Both the position numbers and the translations under genes were made by a program. This document shows, piece after piece, positions 1 to 4,542 of a stretch of 29,886 bases of DNA. The notes below the pieces were generated by a model. It was given only the letters and a program-made list of their open reading frames with translations, made no database searches and was not told the origin of the DNA. Every line of letters begins with the position of its first letter. The stretch's first letter is position 1. This stretch comes from an uncultured virus (IMG/VR IMGVR_UViG_3300029171_000037): the IMG/VR virus record IMGVR_UViG_3300029171_000037, positions 1-29,886 of that record; one strand, 5' to 3'.

Positions 1-17
1 GTTTCCCAGTCACGATC
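1..17 (+). other. Random-amplification (SISPA / Round A-B) primer tag, library artefact
   Basis: Bases 1-17 read GTTTCCCAGTCACGATC, the M13-derived tag used in Round A/B random amplification, and sit at the very end of the contig. Confidence 0.9.
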
Positions 18-18
18 A

Positions 19-174
19 AATGGTCGTGGTATGAACTATGATCTTGCTGAGAAAGGTCTGTGCGGTGTGTGGGTTGCTAACGAAGGGAAAACTGGTGCAG
101 AAGCCTATCGTTCGTTCGGATTCGAAACCATCCGCAGTCTCCGCGTTGGTGGTCAATCGTATGTTGTCCACTGA
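19..174 (+). CDS. C-terminal fragment of a conserved phage hypothetical protein (5' truncated)
   Basis: Frame missing from the ORF track: NGRGMNYDLAEKGLCGVWVANEGKTGAEAYRSFGFETIRSLRVGGQSYVVH*. It resembles the end of a small beta-rich phage family (YD...L..VW.....YR....TI..L..GG..Y) and looks more protein-like than the overlapping 38..262 call. Confidence 0.55.
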   Translation, partial: NGRGMNYDLAEKGLCGVWVANEGKTGAEAYRSFGFETIRSLRVGGQSYVVH

Positions 175-262
175 ATACAAATTCGCTGTCGAACAGAGTA
201 AGTCGTTTGACGAACTAATGCGTATCATTGCAGATGCGCCAAATCCAAACAAGGAGAAATGA
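161..262 (+). CDS. Small hypothetical protein (33 aa)
   Basis: The ATG at 161 overlaps the end of the upstream ORF; MLSTEYKFAVEQSKSFDELMRIIADAPNPNKEK*; the stop abuts the next ATG at 263. Confidence 0.4.
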   Translation: MLSTEYKFAVEQSKSFDELMRIIADAPNPNKEK

Positions 263-424
263 ATGTCAGAAGAAAGCAAACCAAAAGCAGAAGACAAACC
301 GGTACAAGTAAGCAACTTTGGCGAAGCACTGAAGGTGTGGAAGGATGATCCAAAACAACTTGTTCTCATTCCTGGATGTGTTGATGCAAATGACGACCCA
401 GTACAAATGGCGTACTGCGCATAA
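263..424 (+). CDS. Small hypothetical protein (53 aa)
   Basis: AAGGAG RBS at 251-256, ATG 263, TAA 422-424; MSEESKPKAEDKPVQVSNFGEALKVWKDDPKQLVLIPGCVDANDDPVQMAYCA. Below the ORF-track length cutoff. Confidence 0.7.
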   Translation: MSEESKPKAEDKPVQVSNFGEALKVWKDDPKQLVLIPGCVDANDDPVQMAYCA

Positions 425-430
425 GAAATG

Positions 431-454
431 AAAAGAGCCGCATTTAGCGGCTCT
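431..454 (-). terminator. Intrinsic terminator between convergent transcription units
   Basis: 8-bp stem AGAGCCGC/GCGGCTCT (434-441/447-454), running into TTTTC on the minus strand. Confidence 0.75.
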
Positions 455-519
455 ACTTGTATGCAGACACAGAAAACCTCAGTGAAAGCTGTGTCCAGAT
501 AATCAGCCCAATGCTGACA

Positions 520-846
520 TCAACTATCTTCCTTCTGGTTACGTAGAAGGTCAACAAAATGGTCAAAGTCCATTAGGATCAATGGTTTCTTCTGGTTCTT
601 CTTAATCACCAAGTAATCAGATCCACCTTGTGCTAACCAATCCCACAAGTAATCACCAAGTGATTCTCTGTTCTTGCATTCAATGCGTGCCTTCTGGTTA
701 TCAACGGAACCAATCACGACATCAGCTCCGTATTTGCCACCTAGCGATCCACTTAATGGGATTCGTTCAGCTGCAATGCCTTTCTCAACTAGCAATGTGA
801 CTACTTGGTTTTCAAGTCGCCTTCCTTTGTCTTTCGATGCACTCAT
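520..846 (-). CDS. Holliday junction resolvase, archaeal Hjc-like PD-(D/E)xK nuclease
   Basis: KGRRLE...RIPLSGS...ADV...IECK matches the E...D...ExK motif of Hjc-type phage resolvases; 108 aa. Confidence 0.85.
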   Translation of the reverse strand: MSASKDKGRRLENQVVTLLVEKGIAAERIPLSGSLGGKYGADVVIGSVDNQKARIECKNRESLGDYLWDWLAQGGSDYLVIKKNQKKPLILMDFDHFVDLLRNQKEDS

Positions 847-917
847 GTGTATTTCCGTTTCATTATTAGTATGTGAGAAATCCAGCTCCTCATGCCGGCA
901 TTATCTCCTGTATTTGG

Positions 918-1357
918 TAGTAAATCAAGAACAAGGACAAATGAACACATCTGATTGCGAAGCAGCAGTGTGTTCATTTCGCATCTGCGATGCGCAGTCG
1001 AAATCAATTGCTGCTGAACGCGACGCAATTGATTCACCTGTTCTTTAGCTACGCATCTGACTTAACCGAAACAATCACAATCCCTCCCCGCGTTTTCGTA
1101 GCTGACTGGAAGAACCTCACGCTTGCATTTAAGCAAGTACTGTGTAAAGTCGGCATAACTCCCAAGCAGGGCATTACTTCACAGTTTGGATCTGTAGGCT
1201 TGGGCTGACTGGCGTAGTTCCGTCAAACTGTTCCTCTTACCGGGCGTGTAGTAGGGTATTCACGCTGCGTGCATCTCTCTGCCACTCTGGGCTTGCCTAG
1301 ATGCGTCGGCTTGTTCTTATATGTATCTGAGGTGACTCAAGTTTAGTCAAACCCCAC
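918..1357. ncRNA. Candidate large structured non-coding element (ncRNA or ssDNA origin)
   Basis: No credible ORF. Stems at 939-949/969-979, 980-985/989-994 and 1002-1011/1025-1034 are enclosed by 927-936/1037-1045. Stems 1161-1167/1198-1204 and 1181-1188/1224-1231 cross. A further stem lies at 1271-1276/1299-1304. Confidence 0.5.
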
Positions 1358-1519
1358 TTATTTCGCGGATTCTTTCCACTTGCTCAGTCGTTTCAGCTTC
1401 TTCCAGCGTTGCACTTTCGTCGCTTTGCCTTTAACAGACAATTGCTTAGGTTGTGGACCTGGAGGACACATCTGAATGACGACTTGTTGTCCATTGATTA
1501 CTTCTGTTCTAGTGTTCAT
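1358..1519 (-). CDS. Small basic protein (53 aa)
   Basis: ATG 1519 to TAA 1358: MNTRTEVINGQQVVIQMCPPGPQPKQLSVKGKATKVQRWKKLKRLSKWKESAK. K/R-rich C-terminus, weak AGG RBS, not in the ORF track. Confidence 0.6.
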   Translation of the reverse strand: MNTRTEVINGQQVVIQMCPPGPQPKQLSVKGKATKVQRWKKLKRLSKWKESAK

Positions 1520-1529
1520 CTACTTTTAA

Positions 1530-1750
1530 CCTATTGTTTTCTTTTTGTAATAGGGAAAACCCCTTGAGTTTGGCCGACGAAGTAACGTCACTCAAGGGGT
1601 TTGTAGAAACCGGTACGATGAAGAATGTTACTTGTTGTTTTATAACGCTGTCGGCCAAAACGCGTTAGGTGTGAGTGAAGAGAGCACACACTCTCTTGGA
1701 ACGGAACAGGAAATGAAACTACTGAATCAACAAGCTCTCATTCACTCACA
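1530..1750 (-). ncRNA. Structured leader/small RNA with loop-loop pseudoknot and terminator-like hairpin
   Basis: Hairpins at 1670-1685/1734-1750, 1643-1648/1662-1667 and a 13-bp stem at 1557-1569/1590-1602. Loops are complementary (TTTGGCCGAC 1569-1578 vs GTCGGCCAAA 1650-1659). Lies directly downstream of a promoter. Confidence 0.65.
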
Positions 1751-1754
1751 TACG

Positions 1755-1785
1755 TATTTATACTTGAACCTTTGAAAAGAGTCAA
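1755..1785 (-). promoter_or_regulatory. Sigma70-like promoter overlapping a TATAAATA box
   Basis: Minus strand reads TTGACT-N17-TATAAATA (-35 at 1780-1785, -10 at 1757-1762). Confidence 0.75.
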
Positions 1786-1803
1786 CTTCTACGTGGTGAT
1801 TTG

Positions 1804-1877
1804 TACCTGATCAGAGGATCGAACTCTGCATGCGCCTCTTTGTAAGAGAGGTGATTTCACCAGCCATCACATCAGGT
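1804..1877 (-). tRNA. tRNA-Val(TAC), atypical D arm
   Basis: Acceptor ACCTGAT/ATCAGGT, anticodon arm CCTCT-CTTACAA-AGAGG, T arm CAGAG-TTCGATC-CTCTG; G at position 8; no encoded CCA. Confidence 0.8.
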
Positions 1878-1883
1878 ATTTTG

Positions 1884-1957
1884 TGCCCCAGGACTAGAAT
1901 CGAACTGTCGACCTTTCCCTTACAAGAGGAATGCTGCTACCACTGAGCTACAAGGGC
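1884..1957 (-). tRNA. tRNA-Thr(TGT)
   Basis: GCCCTTG-TAGCTCAGTGGTAGCAGC; anticodon arm TTCCT-CTTGTAA-GGGAA; T loop TTCGATT. One-base bulges in the D and T stems and one acceptor mismatch. Confidence 0.8.
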
Positions 1958-1969
1958 ATTTGGTTCCTG

Positions 1970-2269
1970 TTAGACAGGATCACCATTATATTCTGTTGTG
2001 TACACCATGTGACCAACCTTATCAGGACGAATCACTTGTACTGCAGCGATATCTGGATAACGATCGACAACGGCAGCAACGTACGCTTCTGCCAACATGA
2101 AGTCTGTAACAGGAATAGAACTCTTACCAATGTGCGTTCCACTGATCAAAGAGCTGAGCTCTTCTGTGGTGTACACATTCTTTTGGTACGGGTTAACAAT
2201 CCACACACGTACAACGAATCCGTTGTGTGAGACATCCAATGTTGTTTCTTCGTTATGATATCGCTTCAT
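1970..2269 (-). CDS. Hypothetical protein inside the tRNA cluster (99 aa)
   Basis: GAGG RBS before the ATG; fills the gap between tRNA-Ala and tRNA-Thr on the same strand. Confidence 0.7.
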   Translation of the reverse strand: MKRYHNEETTLDVSHNGFVVRVWIVNPYQKNVYTTEELSSLISGTHIGKSSIPVTDFMLAEAYVAAVVDRYPDIAAVQVIRPDKVGHMVYTTEYNGDPV

Positions 2270-2287
2270 ATGTACCTCTGTATATTG

Positions 2288-2355
2288 TGGAGCTATGGGG
2301 AATCGAACCCCACCTAGTTGCGTGCAAAGCAGCCGTCAAGCCCACAAGCAGCCCC
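2288..2355 (-). tRNA. tRNA-Ala(TGC)-like, 68 nt, lacking a D stem
   Basis: Acceptor GGGGCTG/TAGCTCC with G3:U70 and discriminator A; anticodon loop TTTGCAC; T arm TGGGG-TTCGATT-CCCCA; short unpaired D region. Confidence 0.75.
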
Positions 2356-2415
2356 ATGTTTGACAAGAAGAATCCCATTCATCAGCCAGCGTGCATACTG
2401 CAGCCTACTTGTCAG

Positions 2416-2487
2416 CTCCGCAAGTACGAATCGAACGTACCTCACAACCGTTAACAGCGGTTTGCCACACCTTGCGGCTCTTGCGGA
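2416..2487 (-). tRNA. tRNA-Asn(GTT)
   Basis: Acceptor TCCGCAA/TTGCGGA, discriminator G, anticodon arm AACCG-CTGTTAA-CGGTT, T arm GTACG-TTCGATT-CGTAC. Confidence 0.88.
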
Positions 2488-2493
2488 ATTAAG

Positions 2494-2566
2494 TTGGTGA
2501 TGCTGGGATTGAACCAGCGACATCTCCGTTATCAACAGAGTGCTCTCCCAACTGAGCTAATCACCA
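2494..2566 (-). tRNA. tRNA-Ile(GAT)
   Basis: Canonical cloverleaf: TGGTGAT-TA-GCTCAGTTGGGAGAGC-A-CTCTG-TTGATAA-CGGAG-ATGTC-GCTGG-TTCAATC-CCAGC-ATCACCA-A. Confidence 0.92.
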
Positions 2567-2634
2567 AAGGAGTAGGACGTGAATAGGCTTGTTCGAAGAG
2601 CCTTCGGGGCATTACTGCTTGCCGCATCCTTCTT

Positions 2635-2665
2635 TATTTATACACTTACTTGCGTCTACTGACAA
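2635..2665 (-). promoter_or_regulatory. Sigma70-like promoter of the tRNA cluster, overlapping TATAAATA
   Basis: Minus strand reads TTGTCA-N17-TATAAATA (-35 at 2660-2665, -10 at 2637-2642). Confidence 0.7.
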
Positions 2666-2731
2666 CGAACTGCAAGTAAATTAGGATAACCGCTGCGATC
2701 AACATGATCAAAGCGAACACTTCACTCCATG

Positions 2732-3016
2732 TCATGGCAACGGATTCCCTTCTGCTTTCTTCTTTGCACGATAGTTGCGCATGTATTCCTTCATGTACTG
2801 TTGTAAATGCGTCTTGTTCTTCTCCCGATACTGTTTCGTGTATTCAGGAGAGACCTGATGTGTTTGGCGATACTCTATCAAGTAAGGCATTCGGCATGCA
2901 ATACACACACCAGAACACGTCCAACGCTCACTTAAATGACCGTGTACGCAAGGCTTACCAGTATAGTATCGTGATAGTTTTTGTTCACGTGCTTGCTTGC
3001 GTGTAATAACTTCCAT
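2732..3016 (-). CDS. Small Zn-binding protein resembling the N-terminal module of phage HNH endonucleases
   Basis: YYTGKPCVHGHLSER...CIAC motif followed by Y/R/K-rich helical repeats; no nuclease domain visible. Confidence 0.75.
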   Translation of the reverse strand: MEVITRKQAREQKLSRYYTGKPCVHGHLSERWTCSGVCIACRMPYLIEYRQTHQVSPEYTKQYREKNKTHLQQYMKEYMRNYRAKKKAEGNPLP

Positions 3017-3017
3017 C

Positions 3018-3464
3018 TCAATCCCATTCGAATAGTGCGTTAATCATCTCACGATGATCGCGCATAGTTTGTTCTGCTTTCATGGAGTCACGTTCCACTT
3101 TCATAAGCATCTTGACTTCCACAATAGCTTTGTCGATAATCTCTTGAGATGTTACACGATAACCAGGGACCTGAGACTTAGGATCTAGAGCGGCAATTCT
3201 GCTCCTAAACTTAGGTAACCACTGTGGTGGCATTTTAATTGCGTAGGTCCATACCCATCGACCACGCTTCTTTCCTTTATTCTCACTGACAATTACATAA
3301 CTGGAACCAGTTTCTAATTCATCATAACAGTGAGAGTATTTCTCCTTATCTCCAGAACGAATATTCGTATCTGAAGTACCGTTTAGTTTTTGATACTTGT
3401 AAACAGGCCATTTTCCTGATGTATCAAGCTCTTGTAATGGATTAAGATACACCAGTTCAATCAT
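3018..3464 (-). CDS. Hypothetical protein (148 aa)
   Basis: ATGA overlap with the upstream gene, tight packing; no motif recognised. Confidence 0.75.
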   Translation of the reverse strand: MIELVYLNPLQELDTSGKWPVYKYQKLNGTSDTNIRSGDKEKYSHCYDELETGSSYVIVSENKGKKRGRWVWTYAIKMPPQWLPKFRSRIAALDPKSQVPGYRVTSQEIIDKAIVEVKMLMKVERDSMKAEQTMRDHREMINALFEWD

Positions 3465-3763
3465 TTTTGTTTCCCAAAGTAACGCTTCAAAGAAGCTTCA
3501 AACATTGGTACAACCCAGTCTTGGTCCATGAATTCGTCGATGTTGGTGATCTTCCAGTTCTCTGTAGGATCTGCCAAGCATGCGGCTTCAATAGGCCAGT
3601 TTGACTTGATGCGTTGGTGAAGTGTGTGGGCGTTGATGCCGAAGATGACAGCTAGTTCACGTGCGTACGTTGTGTAGCCGTAGAGTTCCATCCAGTGAGT
3701 ACGGTCACGTTGCGTGACAAGATTCGTACGTTGAGAGACGACAGGACGTTGTTTGTTTGCCAT
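3461..3763 (-). CDS. Putative HTH DNA-binding protein
   Basis: YGYTTYARELAVIFGINAHTLHQRIKSNWPIEAA resembles the GI...TL..R...GW..E.A module appended to phage HNH nucleases; AAGG RBS. Confidence 0.7.
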   Translation of the reverse strand: MANKQRPVVSQRTNLVTQRDRTHWMELYGYTTYARELAVIFGINAHTLHQRIKSNWPIEAACLADPTENWKITNIDEFMDQDWVVPMFEASLKRYFGKQK

Positions 3764-3809
3764 GATATACCTTTATAAGTGTATGAGAGATCCAAAACCC
3801 TCATACACT

Positions 3810-3815
3810 TATTTA
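3810..3815 (-). promoter_or_regulatory. TAAATA putative late-promoter box
   Basis: Intergenic CATAAATA followed at once by a 12-bp hairpin, then the RBS and ATG of 3763. Confidence 0.55.
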
Positions 3816-3846
3816 TGGTTGGTACATCAGAAGCAGCAAACTTTGT

Positions 3847-4119
3847 TTATGCTACGTTGGTCCAAATGACGGAAGGTGTCTTTTGTCGCAGTACCTTCAA
3901 CTTCGATGTTCCCGTGTTGAAATACGTTGACCCAAGCGGTTGAGTTGGGGTAGCAGGATCTGATGCAAGATCACCAAGATAGACAGGAGCAGCATAAGCC
4001 ACATCACTGACTGTCTTCAACGCCGTATCTAGCGACGTGAAGTTTGTGTTGATCGTGATCTCTTTTTCTTTCTGACCTACTTCAAGCAATGTCAGGCTGT
4101 AGTTTGGTGTTGTTGCCAT
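3847..4119 (-). CDS. Short DUF2793-like tail-associated protein
   Basis: TTPNYSLTLLEVGQKEKEITINTNFTSLD resembles the T.NL.L..L...Q.QK..T.N.A...LD N-terminus found downstream of GTA-type tail tips. Confidence 0.65.
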   Translation of the reverse strand: MATTPNYSLTLLEVGQKEKEITINTNFTSLDTALKTVSDVAYAAPVYLGDLASDPATPTQPLGSTYFNTGTSKLKVLRQKTPSVIWTNVA

Positions 4120-4128
4120 TTTGACCTC

Positions 4129-4542
4129 TTATGGGTTGATAATTTCAAGGGTGACTTTCTCACCTTTGTTCAATGCAGTATTGATTGCGTTATATACGAC
4201 ACTAAACGCAATGCGGCTTGAAAACACTGTTGATTTGTCTGCGCTATGGGTTACTCCAGGCAGAATGCAACCTTCAGTGTCCTCTTTGGTATTACCTGGG
4301 TGAATGCGAATACCTTCAAAACCAGGAACATTCTGAACAAGAGGAAGCATTCGCTTAAACCTATTCGACATAGTAACGATTACATCGTACTTGCCAGCTG
4401 GAATCGCAGTTTCGCCATACACTTTTGGTTGGCCATCACGAATTTGATCTTCCATTGTGAAGCAAACATCTTGACCATCAATTGAAAGACGGCCAAGAGT
4501 TGATCCATTAACAGAAGGTTGGCGTTTGAGAACTAGCTTCAT
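4129..4542 (-). CDS. DUF5675-family protein, putative endolysin
   Basis: L.R......TLG.L.IDG...C.T.ED, TAIPAGKY and VPGFEGIRIHPGNT..DTEGCIL.G signature motifs. Confidence 0.85.
   Translation of the reverse strand: MKLVLKRQPSVNGSTLGRLSIDGQDVCFTMEDQIRDGQPKVYGETAIPAGKYDVIVTMSNRFKRMLPLVQNVPGFEGIRIHPGNTKEDTEGCILPGVTHSADKSTVFSSRIAFSVVYNAINTALNKGEKVTLEIINP

Noticed and set aside
843-1208. ORF-track calls 843..1037(-), 674..1048(+) and 990..1208(+)
   Set aside because: Non-ATG or weak starts, unprotein-like composition, and overlap with dense inverted repeats or the resolvase gene.
850-1357. Group I/II intron, full tmRNA or RNase P RNA
   Set aside because: I could not see a P7/J8-7 core, a domain V hairpin, a tag reading frame with a 3' T arm, or a P4 consensus, and no gene is interrupted.
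2356-2392. CTGATGA on the minus strand (2379-2385) suggesting a hammerhead ribozyme
   Set aside because: The following stem is weak and G-U rich, it ends in CAAAC rather than GAAAC, and I could not build stems I and III.
2227-2535. ORF calls overlapping the tRNA cluster
   Set aside because: The sequence is explained by tRNA cloverleaves.
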